A stretch of DNA of 64,000 nucleotides from Candidatus Bathyarchaeota archaeon (GCA_963772455.1 CAVYXJ010000005.1:83817-147816), one strand, 5' to 3'; positions 19,972-30,272 are shown, counted from the first letter of the stretch. Numbers and translations: made by a program. Notes: generated by a model from the letters alone, not told the origin.

Positions 19972-21146
19972 TATTGAATGCCCCGGTAAATATGAACCAC
20001 AGAAGTAGCTCCTGAACCACCAATGTTGTGAGTTAAGCCTATTTTCGCATCTTTTACTTGACGTTTACCTGCTTGTCCAGTAAGCTGAAGATACATTTCG
20101 TAAACTTGAGCAGTGCCTGTCGCGCCAACTGGGTGACCTTTGGCTTTTAATCCTCCACTTGTATTAACTGGGATTCTGCCTCCCAATCGTGTTTGTCCAC
20201 TTTCGATTAGTTTACCACTCTCACCTATCTTGCAGAACCCAAGATCTTCATACGCCATGAGTTCAGCGAAAGTGAAGCAGTCGTGAACTTCAGCTAAATC
20301 AATATCATCAGGTTTGAGTTGCGCCATATCATAGGCAGTTTTCGCTGCTAACTTCGTAGCATTTAACGAGGTTAGACTTTTGCGTTCATACAAACCAATA
20401 GTATCACTGGCTTGTGCACTACCAACAATATGAACAGGTTGATCAGTATATTGATCGGCGAGTTCTGGTTTGGTTAAAATTATGCAACTTGCGCCGTCAG
20501 TTATCAGCGAGCAATCGTAGAGTTTTAAGGGCCAAGCCACATAACGTGAAGTCATAGCCATTTGAAGAGTTATTTCTTTTTGCAGGTGAGCTTTAGGATT
20601 CAGGCTTCCATGATAGTGGTTCTTAACTGCTACTAAAGACATGTGCTCTTCAGTAGTTCCATAATCATGCATATGTGCAGTTGCCATTAAAGCAAATAAT
20701 CCTGGAAACGTTATTCCGTGAAACTGCTCAAAGGGGTAATCAGAAGCCATAGCCAAATACTCAGTAACCTCAGAAGTAGTACGATGCGTCATCTTTTCTA
20801 CGCCTCCAACTACAACCACATCTGTTAAACCAGATAAAACAGCGTAAATTCCAGACCTTAATGCAGCTCCTGAAGAAGCACACGCAGCTTCTGTGCGCGT
20901 TGCCGGAATACCAGATAATCCTGCCCAATCCGCAATAGTGCTACCCGTGTGTCCTTGATGTTCATAAGCTTCGCCCATATGACCTATAAACATGGCTTTG
21001 ATGTCTTTTTTTGGATCCAGTTTGGGGCAACGGCTAAACGCTTCAAATGCGGCTTCACTAAAGAGTTCTCTTGTCAGTAAACCTTCACGTTTACCGAATT
21101 TTGACATACCAGCACTGATTATGCTTACGAGCGGTTTCCCATTCAA
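19971..21146 (-). CDS. Thiolase (archaeal/SCP2-type acetyl-CoA C-acyltransferase)
   Basis: EAACASS, GGVEKM, EVHDCF, NTSGGL..KGHPVGATG and HNIGG. Confidence 0.92.
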   Translation of the reverse strand: MNGKPLVSIISAGMSKFGKREGLLTRELFSEAAFEAFSRCPKLDPKKDIKAMFIGHMGEAYEHQGHTGSTIADWAGLSGIPATRTEAACASSGAALRSGIYAVLSGLTDVVVVGGVEKMTHRTTSEVTEYLAMASDYPFEQFHGITFPGLFALMATAHMHDYGTTEEHMSLVAVKNHYHGSLNPKAHLQKEITLQMAMTSRYVAWPLKLYDCSLITDGASCIILTKPELADQYTDQPVHIVGSAQASDTIGLYERKSLTSLNATKLAAKTAYDMAQLKPDDIDLAEVHDCFTFAELMAYEDLGFCKIGESGKLIESGQTRLGGRIPVNTSGGLKAKGHPVGATGTAQVYEMYLQLTGQAGKRQVKDAKIGLTHNIGGSGATSVVHIYRGIQ

Positions 21147-21281
21147 AACTAATGGACCTCTTATTGTCTATATATCGATGGCAAGCAACAATAAAAACTA
21201 TTACAGAACAAAGTCACTTAGAAATCTCCAAATATTACATTAAAACATTTTTTCTTCAAAAAAAGATAGGCATCACTGAAA

Positions 21282-22253
21282 TTAAAGACCAAAGACATAG
21301 ATCCTAAAAATTAAAACAGGCACCACCACAATTAACCCAAACAGGACTGAAGTCACCGTCATAACTTGCAGAGCCTTGGAAATTTGCTCAGCTGAAATTC
21401 CGTGATCATCACCCAATTTATAACAACCTTGTTTTTCAAGTTGGATATTCAACGCTCCAGCCATGGCGGATATAGTATAGCCAGCATTCGGACTGGCAGT
21501 TTTATGTTTGTCACGTTGCAATATACGGAAGGATTCCCGCGAATCTTCCCGCAAAATAAACGCAGCAGCAACCATCAAATAGGCTGTCACGCGAGCCGGA
21601 ATGTAATTTGTTATTGTATCCATTTTTGCTGAGAACCAACCAATGTTCTTGAATTCAGCGTTCTTATAGCCAACCATTGAATCCAAAGTGTTAATCACGC
21701 GGTATGCAAAAGCGCCTGGAACCCCGAAGAGCGCATAAAAGAAGAACGGGGCAGTTATACCATCGGTTGTGCTTTCAGCAATTGATTCGACAGCTGCAGA
21801 AATAATCTGTCGTTCATTGAGACTGTTGGGGTCGCGTCTGACAATATAGGGCAACCATTTTCGTGCTTCAGTTAAATCGTTTTGTTTGAGTGCTTTCGCA
21901 ATGGGTTTAGTATATTGTCCCATGCCTCTTATGGCGAAAGTTGCTTTGAAGAGGATTGCACCAACTATTATATAGAATATTTCACCGTAGGGTAACGTTC
22001 TTAGCCAAAAAAGTAACAGAAATATTGGAAGAGCAACAACCAACATGATTGCTAGCGCCATTAAGACACCATTTGCTTTTTCAACGCTGGGATTTGGGTT
22101 TTTTACTTTTCTTTTGAGATACAAAATCATTTTGCCTATCCCAATGGTTGGATGAATCCTATCAGGATACTCCCCTAAGACCAAGTCAATCATAAACGCT
22201 AATATGAAAATCAAGATAGAATCAACAAACAACGAAAAATCAAGTGTAAACAT
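21282..22253 (-). CDS. cbiB: Adenosylcobinamide-phosphate synthase CbiB
   Basis: GEYP..HP, ESIAESTTDG, YRVINTLDSMVGY, NYIPAR and SPNAG; membrane protein. Confidence 0.92.
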   Translation of the reverse strand: MFTLDFSLFVDSILIFILAFMIDLVLGEYPDRIHPTIGIGKMILYLKRKVKNPNPSVEKANGVLMALAIMLVVALPIFLLLFWLRTLPYGEIFYIIVGAILFKATFAIRGMGQYTKPIAKALKQNDLTEARKWLPYIVRRDPNSLNERQIISAAVESIAESTTDGITAPFFFYALFGVPGAFAYRVINTLDSMVGYKNAEFKNIGWFSAKMDTITNYIPARVTAYLMVAAAFILREDSRESFRILQRDKHKTASPNAGYTISAMAGALNIQLEKQGCYKLGDDHGISAEQISKALQVMTVTSVLFGLIVVVPVLIFRIYVFGL

Positions 22254-22263
22254 AAGTCTCGAC

Positions 22264-23397
22264 TCAAACTGCCTTTACTGCCAGTTTAAGAGATGCAATC
22301 AACTGTTCATTTTCAGCGTGTGTTTTAACGGCGATTCGAACATAAAACTCATCAAGACCCCTAAACGAGGTGCAATCACGAATCAAAATCCCCTTCTGCA
22401 ACAGTTTACTTTTCAGTTCTGAAGCAGTTAAGCCTGACTTGTAAATATTGATGAAGAAAAAGTTAGCATCTGGACGAGAAAATTTTAACGAATCAAATTT
22501 ACTTAACTCAGAATTTAACCAGTCTTTTTCTTTATTAATGAGCTCACGCGTCACTCGAAGATGTTCTTCATCCTTTAAAGCAGCAACAGCAGCAGCCTGC
22601 GCTAAACAATTTACATTCCAAGGAATCTTTGAGCAAGAAAGAACATTTATCATTTCTTCATTGGCAATGCCGTAACCAACTCGAAGCCCAGTTAAACCAA
22701 AAATCTTTGTAAAAGAGCGCAAGATAAAGAGGTTAGGGTAGTTGCTAATTTTGTTAATCATAGTGAGAACTTTTTCGTTTTCAACAAATTCCAAAAAATC
22801 TTCATCTAAAAAAACCAAGATATCTTGCTCAAGAGCCAACTCAATTATTCTTGTAAGGGTTTCTTTGGGAATAAGCATGCTAGTTGGGTTGTTTGGGTTG
22901 CATAAAAAAATTATTTTAGCGCCAGTCATTTCAGTCTTGAAAGAGCCTGCATGAACATTAAGACCCTTGCCCAACTTGAGGAACTTGGGTATTTCACCAG
23001 TTTTACGAACAGCACTTTCATACTCACCAAAAGTTGGTGCTGGAATCAAAGCTATTTCCCCTTTTTTAAGGAAGCTTTCAGCAAACAAGTACATGAGTTC
23101 AGTTGAACCGTTCCCTATGACGACATTATTCTTATTAATGCTTCCAAAGTGACTAGAAATGACTTGTCTTAGTTCATTAGAGTTTGAATCAGGATATGCT
23201 GCAATTTGGCTGAAGGCTTTTTTTGCAGCCTCAAGAGCCTTTTTTGATGGACCTAACGGATTTACGCTTGAACTAAAATCTAAAATCTCATGGGGCTTAA
23301 GCCCACTTTCCTCTGAAGCACTTAAAACTTCTGCGCCGTGAACGCACGGCTTGAGATTTTTAACGTTGTCCCTAACTATGCTCTCTATAGGCTTCAT
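22264..23397 (-). CDS. cobD: L-threonine-O-3-phosphate decarboxylase CobD (HisC-like PLP enzyme)
   Basis: DFSSSVNPLGP, GNGSTE, CNPNNPT and RSFTKIFGLTGLRVGY; directly upstream of cbiB. Confidence 0.8.
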   Translation of the reverse strand: MKPIESIVRDNVKNLKPCVHGAEVLSASEESGLKPHEILDFSSSVNPLGPSKKALEAAKKAFSQIAAYPDSNSNELRQVISSHFGSINKNNVVIGNGSTELMYLFAESFLKKGEIALIPAPTFGEYESAVRKTGEIPKFLKLGKGLNVHAGSFKTEMTGAKIIFLCNPNNPTSMLIPKETLTRIIELALEQDILVFLDEDFLEFVENEKVLTMINKISNYPNLFILRSFTKIFGLTGLRVGYGIANEEMINVLSCSKIPWNVNCLAQAAAVAALKDEEHLRVTRELINKEKDWLNSELSKFDSLKFSRPDANFFFINIYKSGLTASELKSKLLQKGILIRDCTSFRGLDEFYVRIAVKTHAENEQLIASLKLAVKAV

Positions 23398-23469
23398 TGT
23401 TTTTCTATTCCTTCAGCATAACGCTAAATACTCAGGTTTCTTTTTAACGTAAATCATATAAATGTTTGG

Positions 23470-23486
23470 TTGGATGTTCCATCCAA
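23470..23486. promoter_or_regulatory. Palindromic putative operator upstream of cobD-cbiB
   Basis: TTGGATG-TTC-CATCCAA beside the minus-strand TATA (about 23455-23462); near-copy upstream of btuF. Confidence 0.55.
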
Positions 23487-23554
23487 AACAACTTTTGAGT
23501 AAAAGGGTTTTTGAGAAAGCAAAACAATGATATTAATTAAAAGTTAGAACATGG

Positions 23555-23761
23555 ATGATTTTTATGAGAGATAAAACAGATGAACACATGATTGAGGAAC
23601 TGAACCAGACAATCCAGAAAAAAGACCCCAAAGAGCCTATCGAAAAAACCCTAGTCACTTTTTGTTCAAAAACCGGTATTTCGATGGAGAGTTGCCGACT
23701 CTATTACAAGCAATTAGAGAAAAGGGGTAAGGTTAAGGAAAAAAATAGCTATAAGTTATAA
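23555..23761 (+). CDS. Small hypothetical protein
   Basis: 68-aa ORF co-oriented just upstream of dph5. Confidence 0.55.
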   Translation: MIFMRDKTDEHMIEELNQTIQKKDPKEPIEKTLVTFCSKTGISMESCRLYYKQLEKRGKVKEKNSYKL

Positions 23762-23789
23762 TCTCTTTTAAAATTGCAAGGTTTCAAAA

Positions 23790-24587
23790 TTGAACGAACT
23801 TGTCTTCATAGGTTTAGGATTAAACGATGAGAAAGGCATAACAATTAAAGGACTTGAAGAAACAAAGACTGCAGACCAAGTATTCATGGAACTCTACACA
23901 AATCTCATGCATGACTTTAAACTACAAAGGTTTGAAGCATTATGTGGAAAAAAAGTCCAGATTGTATCAAGAAAGATGCTTGAAGAGGAAAACGGCAAAG
24001 TAATCCTTGAAGCAGCCAAAGTGGGTAAAGCAGTATTTCTTGTTCCAGGTGACCCTTTCATTGCAACAACCCACGTTACATTGCGTATTGACGCTGAAAA
24101 ACGGGGAATAAAAACAAGGATAATCCATGGAACATCCATAATGTCTGCAATCATCAGCTTATCAGGCTTGCACAACTATAAGTTCGGAAAAACCGTAACC
24201 GTGCCCTTTCCCGATAACTTTTCTGAAACACCCTACAATGTTATCGCTCAAAATAAAAAAGTCGGCTTGCATACGCTTTGCCTTTTGGATTTGAAGGCGA
24301 ATGAAAACCTTTTTCTCTCTATTAATCAAGCCATCAAAATGTTACGAGAGGTTGAGGAAAAAAAGAAGTTTGGAGTAGTCACTTCGGACACTGTTGCTAT
24401 TGGAATTGCAAGGGCAGGAGGGGATAAACCAACCCTGAAGGCAGATTTTGTCAAGGATTTGGAGAATTTTGATTTTGGTCAACCACCTTACAGCCTGATT
24501 TTTCCAGGTGAGTTGCATTTTATGGAGGTTGATTCGTTAATTGCTTTTGCGGGTGCCCCCGTTAATTTTAGGAGTCTTGTTAAGTGA
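23790..24587 (+). CDS. dph5: Diphthine synthase
   Basis: FIGLGL, ELYT, GDPFIATTH, GLHNYKFGKTVT and GLHTLCLLD. Confidence 0.95.
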   Translation: MNELVFIGLGLNDEKGITIKGLEETKTADQVFMELYTNLMHDFKLQRFEALCGKKVQIVSRKMLEEENGKVILEAAKVGKAVFLVPGDPFIATTHVTLRIDAEKRGIKTRIIHGTSIMSAIISLSGLHNYKFGKTVTVPFPDNFSETPYNVIAQNKKVGLHTLCLLDLKANENLFLSINQAIKMLREVEEKKKFGVVTSDTVAIGIARAGGDKPTLKADFVKDLENFDFGQPPYSLIFPGELHFMEVDSLIAFAGAPVNFRSLVK

Positions 24588-24868
24588 GTTTAGAAGAATT
24601 AACTTTTAAGTACATTTCAATGGCTGAAAAAGTCTTTAATGAACTAACCCGAACTCAAACACCCATCAGCTTAACTGAAGAAGCCGTAGCCGCTGTTCTT
24701 CGTTATGCTTTTGATTATCTTGAAGATGCAAAGTATTATAAAGCTCAGGGCAAGCTTGAAACCTGCTTAACCTCAGTAGCTTATTGTGAAGGGCTACTTG
24801 ATGCCTTAAGATTAATTGGCGCTGTGAACTTTGAATGGCCGTCAAATCAAAAAGAAAAATTGTCATAG
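24584..24868 (+). CDS. DUF357 family protein
   Basis: YLEDAKYY...SVAYCEGLLDALR motif; dph5 neighbour. Confidence 0.85.
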   Translation: MSLEELTFKYISMAEKVFNELTRTQTPISLTEEAVAAVLRYAFDYLEDAKYYKAQGKLETCLTSVAYCEGLLDALRLIGAVNFEWPSNQKEKLS

Positions 24869-25293
24869 CATCGGGCGTTTTTGATCTACTACATCTTGGT
24901 CACGTAAGGTTTCTTGAGGAAGCCAAAAGGGCAGGCGGCAAAAATGCTAAACTGATAGTTATTATCGCCAGAGACGGAACTGTTGAAAAAACTAAGGGCA
25001 GAAAACCTATAATGTCAGAAGACCAGCGCTGTGCCCTTGTTGAGTCGCTTAAAGTTGTCGATGAAGCAGTCCTCGGTTATGAAGACCTTGATATTGGTGA
25101 GGTCATTGAAAAAATCAAGCCAAATGTAATCGCATTGGGATATGACCAAGCAGATATGGAAAGAGGAGTCAAATCTTACCTAGCTAATCACAAAGTTCCT
25201 GTTAAAGTCGTAAGGATTGACAAGTTCGCGGAGAATACTTTAGATAGTTCATCCAAGATTAAACAGAAAATAATTGATAAACTCTCCAAGTAA
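24835..25293 (+). CDS. ribL: Archaeal FAD synthase (cytidylyltransferase family)
   Basis: ASGVFDLLHLGH (HxGH), IARD, LGYDQ and SSSKIK; close to ribK. Confidence 0.8.
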   Translation: MAVKSKRKIVIASGVFDLLHLGHVRFLEEAKRAGGKNAKLIVIIARDGTVEKTKGRKPIMSEDQRCALVESLKVVDEAVLGYEDLDIGEVIEKIKPNVIALGYDQADMERGVKSYLANHKVPVKVVRIDKFAENTLDSSSKIKQKIIDKLSK

Positions 25294-25298
25294 CAGGT

Positions 25299-25928
25299 TT
25301 GCGTCCCATGGGTTGCGAGAAATATAAACCGACATACATTCTAATTGCAATAAACGTAGTCATCTACATTGCAGGTGCTATCATTAGTGGAGATGCATTA
25401 ACCACAGGCGACAGCGTTATTTTACAATGGGGGCAAGTGAACCTTTTTGTATTCCAAGGTGATTTCTGGCAACTGTTCACATCAATTTTCATACACGCAT
25501 CAATATTTCATTTAGTTGGCAACATGCTGTTCTTGCTCATATTCGGTTTGCGTGGCGAAGAATTATTTTCACTCCCGGAATACGTTGGAATCTATCTTTT
25601 GGGAGGCTTAGCAGGAAACATTCTATCTTTAGTTTTTGGAATCGGTTCTAGTAGTCTATTTGTTTCTGTTGGAGCATCAGGCGCAATCTTCTCGCTGTTT
25701 GGGGCTTGTGTGATTTATGGTAGACGTTCAGTGCGACAGTCAATTCTTGGAGCTTTAGTTTTCGCGTTCTTTCTGTTCTTCATTAATGTTGGTCCAAGTG
25801 TAAATATCTTAGCACATTTGGGAGGTTTAGTCTTCGGATTAGCCATCGGCTATGTACTTGCTGCACGACGCAAACCTGACCACCAAGAAAAAATTAGGCA
25901 ATCTTATTCTACGACTATTCCGTTTTAG
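25299..25928 (+). CDS. Rhomboid intramembrane serine protease
   Basis: WQLFTSIFIH, HLVGNM, GASGA and AHLGG. Confidence 0.92.
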   Translation: MRPMGCEKYKPTYILIAINVVIYIAGAIISGDALTTGDSVILQWGQVNLFVFQGDFWQLFTSIFIHASIFHLVGNMLFLLIFGLRGEELFSLPEYVGIYLLGGLAGNILSLVFGIGSSSLFVSVGASGAIFSLFGACVIYGRRSVRQSILGALVFAFFLFFINVGPSVNILAHLGGLVFGLAIGYVLAARRKPDHQEKIRQSYSTTIPF

Positions 25929-26620
25929 CTACTTTGAGTGTAGACTTCAATTTTTAATTTGTTGCCATTTTTTAGACATAGCGCCTTTCTTAGACAAACA
26001 GGTGCAATTATCTCAAGCACCGAGGCGTCATAGTGACTTCGTAAAGCTGTAACCAAAGCTCCTTTAATTTCGCCGCCAATGATGACGGGGTAACATTTTA
26101 CTAAACCAAATGTGCGGTCTTCATTTTGGAATCCTTTGACTTCAATTGCTGGATAAGCATCAAGTTCCAAACGGGTCTTAATGTCATAATCCGAAGACAA
26201 CTTGAGATTGAGCGTACCTGGGTATGGTTCAAAACCTAATTTTTCAATAATTTGAACGCGATAATAATCTTTTCCAATGTAATAGGCGCCTTCACCTAAC
26301 CCTGTAAAGACAGTCCCTTCTAGAGTGACTGAGGGGGGATAAGATTTCTCAATCAAAACCTTTAATGCTGAATACAATTTTTGCAACTCTCGTGTACCTT
26401 GTTCTTCAATTTTGATTAGGCTACCGTCTGAAGTTATATTGCGTTGAATCCAACTTTTATGTTCAAGCTCAATTAAATAACGTGATGCTGTTTGCTGGGA
26501 TATGCCAAGTTTCTTGGCTAAGTAATCGGTTGAGATTTTAGCAACTCGTCTGTATGCACCCATTTCTGCGAGTTTTAGCAGCATGTATAGTTGCTGCCAC
26601 TCTTGCTTCTCAGTCAACAC
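25925..26620 (-). CDS. ribK: CTP-dependent riboflavin kinase with N-terminal wHTH (RbkR-type)
   Basis: LGISQQTASR HTH; GLGEGAYY, PYPGTLNL, RTFG and LEIIAP. Start probably GTG 26620 or TTG 26617 after GGAG. Confidence 0.9.
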   Translation of the reverse strand: MLTEKQEWQQLYMLLKLAEMGAYRRVAKISTDYLAKKLGISQQTASRYLIELEHKSWIQRNITSDGSLIKIEEQGTRELQKLYSALKVLIEKSYPPSVTLEGTVFTGLGEGAYYIGKDYYRVQIIEKLGFEPYPGTLNLKLSSDYDIKTRLELDAYPAIEVKGFQNEDRTFGLVKCYPVIIGGEIKGALVTALRSHYDASVLEIIAPVCLRKALCLKNGNKLKIEVYTQSS

Positions 26621-27031
26621 ATGGGTCTCCAGTGACTTAGAGATAAGGGCTGGATATTTAAGCGGCTCGAAACCTTCTCGAGAGTTGAATAATTGAAGAA
26701 ATATTTTCAAATAGACTTTAATCTTAAGTCTTTTGAAGATGAAAGATCAATGCGATTAATAATAATTAGAGTTAGTAAACAAACCTTTACTAAAAAAAAC
26801 TTTTTAGTCAAGAAACCTTAACGAAAACGCTTTTACAATTGATTAAGCTAGCATTGAAAAGAGAGAATTTAAAAGAAAAGTGAGATTTGTGGCAACATAC
26901 TACCTCAAAATTGATTATAAATCCACCATGAGAAATAAAGAGCAACCATGTTTCTGCACAAAATTCCAATAAACTATTCGTTGAAGTAAAGATAATTGCC
27001 ATAAGAAAATAACTTTGGTAAAGGTGACCTA

Positions 27032-28318
27032 ATGTTAGTCCAACAAGTTGAATCCGTAGAGAAAGAAACAAAGGATAATTTCGTTTACCCTCAATACGAC
27101 AAGTGTTGCATCTCAGAAATACCAAACACTATTCTAAACCTGCTAGGAGCAGGAAATGGAAAAACAAAACCTCAATTTGAAGATATCTATCAGCCAGATG
27201 GAATAAACAAAGTTGTGCTTTTAGTAATCGATGGATTCGGCTTCAAACAATTCATAAACCATCTTAAAGAAAACCGATTTTTGTTTAATCTCACAAATCA
27301 AGGTGAAATGTACCCTTTAACAAGCGTCTTTCCGTCTCAAACAACAAACGCATTAACTACCCTAAACACTGGTCTAACACCTCAGGAACACGGACTCTTC
27401 GAGTATTTCATCTATCTTAAAGACATTGGCGTCGTCAATGCATTACAATTTGAACGATTAGGTTCTAGACAACAAGACAGATTAATAAGCAAAAGATTTG
27501 ACCCAAGTATCCTCCTTTTACATAATAAAAACATTCACAACACCTTAAAACAAAAAGGAGTTAGCACCTATACACATGTTAACGCATTAAATGCCTTCAA
27601 CGTCTTATCAAAATTAATTTTCAATGGAAGCAAAATTTTTCCATCAATAAAAGCTTCTGATACAATTGTTAGACTCAGAAAAAATATTGAAGAAAACATC
27701 GGCAAGGGCGCTTATTTTTTTGTACATTTAGATACACTTGACACTATTGCACATGAATATGGACCAGACAGTTACGAATATTCGGCTGAACTATCATCGA
27801 TAACTTATTTATTAAATCGGGAATTAGTGCAAAAGTTGGATACAAAAGCAGCCAAAGAAACGTTGCTTTTAGTAACTGCTGACCATGGGGGTTTGAACAT
27901 TGATCCAAAAGAAACAATTTATCTCAATTGTTTACCTAAGGCAATATTGAATTTGCAAGTTGGTAAAAATCAAAAACCAATCATGCCAATAGGTGGTCCC
28001 CGAGAACTATTTCTTCATATTAAAGAAGACAAAATTGTTGAAACTAAAGAGTGGCTAATTCAAAAAATTGGTAATAAAGCCCAAATCATTGAAACTAAAC
28101 AAGCTGTGGAAAAAGGTTTGTTTGGTGTGGGCATTCCGGATAGAGAAGTCGTTGAAAGAACAGGAAATATAATGATTTTGCCATATAGAAACGAAACAGT
28201 TTGGTATGAGAACTCGGATGTTAACAGAATACGTTTTCTTGGACAGCACGGAGGGTTGCATGAAGAAGAAATGCGTGTTCCGTTTACAATAACTAAGCTC
28301 AGTAACTTAAAAAAATAG
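27032..28318 (+). CDS. Alkaline phosphatase superfamily (nucleotide pyrophosphatase/phosphodiesterase-like)
   Basis: VIDGFG, SVFPSQT, DTIAHEYGP, TADHG and GQHGG. Confidence 0.85.
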   Translation: MLVQQVESVEKETKDNFVYPQYDKCCISEIPNTILNLLGAGNGKTKPQFEDIYQPDGINKVVLLVIDGFGFKQFINHLKENRFLFNLTNQGEMYPLTSVFPSQTTNALTTLNTGLTPQEHGLFEYFIYLKDIGVVNALQFERLGSRQQDRLISKRFDPSILLLHNKNIHNTLKQKGVSTYTHVNALNAFNVLSKLIFNGSKIFPSIKASDTIVRLRKNIEENIGKGAYFFVHLDTLDTIAHEYGPDSYEYSAELSSITYLLNRELVQKLDTKAAKETLLLVTADHGGLNIDPKETIYLNCLPKAILNLQVGKNQKPIMPIGGPRELFLHIKEDKIVETKEWLIQKIGNKAQIIETKQAVEKGLFGVGIPDREVVERTGNIMILPYRNETVWYENSDVNRIRFLGQHGGLHEEEMRVPFTITKLSNLKK

Positions 28319-28477
28319 CAACCTGAAGGAAAAGTTTGCTCAAATAAGATAGTAAGTGCGGATATGTTGATATTACCAACTATTGGTAGAAACCAAACCA
28401 CTAAATCTTCGCCTACCTTATGCTTTATTTTAGTCTAGGAAAACGGGGGCTTAACTATAGCAAACGTCTTCGATGAA

Positions 28478-29185
28478 ATGGGAGTTTACTGGGCAGAAAT
28501 AGCCGAAAAGAACCAAACAGAACGACAAGTCCAATTTTTAAAAAACCATCTTAAACCTAATGAATACGTGTTAGACCTTGCATGCGGGTCAGGGAGGCAT
28601 TCAACCGCGTTAACTGCCAATGGATATAATATGGTCGGTTTGGATGCCTCACTAAAGCTTCTTAAAATTGCCAAGCAACGTTCCCAAGATATAGTCGTTG
28701 TTCGGGGAGATATTCGCTTTTTGCCTTTCAAAACAGGCACTTTTACAGCTTCAGTGAGTGTTGACACGAGTTTTGGATACTTACCTTCTGATGCAGATGA
28801 CCGAGTCAGCCTAATTGAAGTGCGGAGGGTTATGCATCAAGGAGGTCTGTTAATGATGGATGTCTTTAACCGAGAGTATTTAACCCTAAAATACAGAGGA
28901 AAAAATAATTCAACCAAGAAAAAGGATTACCCAAATTTTGTGCTCCAACAAAAAAGAACCATAAGTAACACGGGTGATTGGCTTTGTGATTTGTGGACTA
29001 TTACCGTCAAGGGAAATCGAAAAGTCAGGGTTTTTGAACATAAGGTTCGTTTATACAAACGGAATAAGTTGAAGAGTTTGCTTGAAGCATCTCATTTTAA
29101 AATTAATAAAGTTCTTGGGAACTATGGAGAAGAAGGCTTTAATGAAAATTCTCAACGTCTAATCTTTCTAGCAGTAGCAGAATAA
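28478..29185 (+). CDS. Class I SAM-dependent methyltransferase
   Basis: VLDLACGSGRH, GLDAS, GDIRFLPF and SFGY; may start 7 codons earlier at ATA 28457. Confidence 0.88.
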   Translation: MGVYWAEIAEKNQTERQVQFLKNHLKPNEYVLDLACGSGRHSTALTANGYNMVGLDASLKLLKIAKQRSQDIVVVRGDIRFLPFKTGTFTASVSVDTSFGYLPSDADDRVSLIEVRRVMHQGGLLMMDVFNREYLTLKYRGKNNSTKKKDYPNFVLQQKRTISNTGDWLCDLWTITVKGNRKVRVFEHKVRLYKRNKLKSLLEASHFKINKVLGNYGEEGFNENSQRLIFLAVAE

Positions 29186-29282
29186 TTTTGGTCATCTGTT
29201 TTTAGGATGGTTGAGTTGATTTAGCGCAAAAAAGTTATAAGAGCCTATAAAGACACATTGAAGAATCAGATAGTGACAACTT

Positions 29283-30272
29283 ATGAACGCTTGGAAACTT
29301 CGGCTTTCAATGGCTGCAACCTTGGCCGTAATATTTGGATTAACCACTCTTGTATTTACTATTGTTTTAACATTGGCTGGAATAGGCCTGAGTTTGTATA
29401 CCATTGGAATATTCGTTGTAATTCTCAACATAGCCCAATGGCTGTTGTCACCCTACCTTGTAGGCTGGATTTACAAAGTTAAAGAAATGCCACAAAATGA
29501 AAACCTCAATATTCACCAGATGATCACAGATTTAAGCCAGAAAAGCGGCATATCTAAGCCAAAACTAATGCTATCACAAATTCCACTGCCCAACGCATTC
29601 GCGTATGGTTCACCATTAACTGGAAGCAGAGTTGCAATTACTCAGGGACTTTTAAAGAATCTTGATGACGGGGAAGTTGAAGCGGTTTTAGGACATGAAC
29701 TTGGTCATCTAAAACACCGCGATGTACAAGTCATGATGGTAGTTTCATTCCTACCTGCATTGTTCTACTATATTGGCTACTCTCTTATGCTCTCAGGGAT
29801 GTTTGGAGGGGGAGAACGCAAAAACGAAGGAGGAGGAAATAACGCATTATTTGGCATCGCATTCATGGCTTTCTCATGGGTGCTTACACTATTTACATTG
29901 TATCTGAGTCGTTTACGTGAATATTACGCTGATAGACACAGCGCCCAAATCGTTGAAAATGGTGCACAAAAACTCTCCACAGGCTTGATCACAATCGTAC
30001 AAGAAAGCAAACATACAGTAAAACAAAATAACCAAAAGAAAAGCAGCAGTTCTTACAAAGCCCTTTTCATCGCTGACCCGGACCGCGCAAATGTAGACGC
30101 AGCAGAACTAAATGCAAACCGCATAACAAACAAGCAAGACCTTCTACGTGAAACACTTTCAAAACAACCCACATCAGTTGACAATTTCGCTGAAGTCTTC
30201 TCAACCCACCCAAACATTATCAAGCGATTAAGGGCACTGCAAGAACTCAGCCAGAATCCATCAACTTACTAA
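29283..30272 (+). CDS. htpX: Zinc metalloprotease HtpX (M48)
   Basis: PNAFAYG, HELGH, SRLREYYAD and STHP. Confidence 0.92.
   Translation: MNAWKLRLSMAATLAVIFGLTTLVFTIVLTLAGIGLSLYTIGIFVVILNIAQWLLSPYLVGWIYKVKEMPQNENLNIHQMITDLSQKSGISKPKLMLSQIPLPNAFAYGSPLTGSRVAITQGLLKNLDDGEVEAVLGHELGHLKHRDVQVMMVVSFLPALFYYIGYSLMLSGMFGGGERKNEGGGNNALFGIAFMAFSWVLTLFTLYLSRLREYYADRHSAQIVENGAQKLSTGLITIVQESKHTVKQNNQKKSSSSYKALFIADPDRANVDAAELNANRITNKQDLLRETLSKQPTSVDNFAEVFSTHPNIIKRLRALQELSQNPSTY

Noticed and set aside
26808-27125. 105-aa minus-strand ORF
   Set aside because: Overlaps the phosphodiesterase start on the opposite strand; composition looks like AT-rich intergenic DNA.
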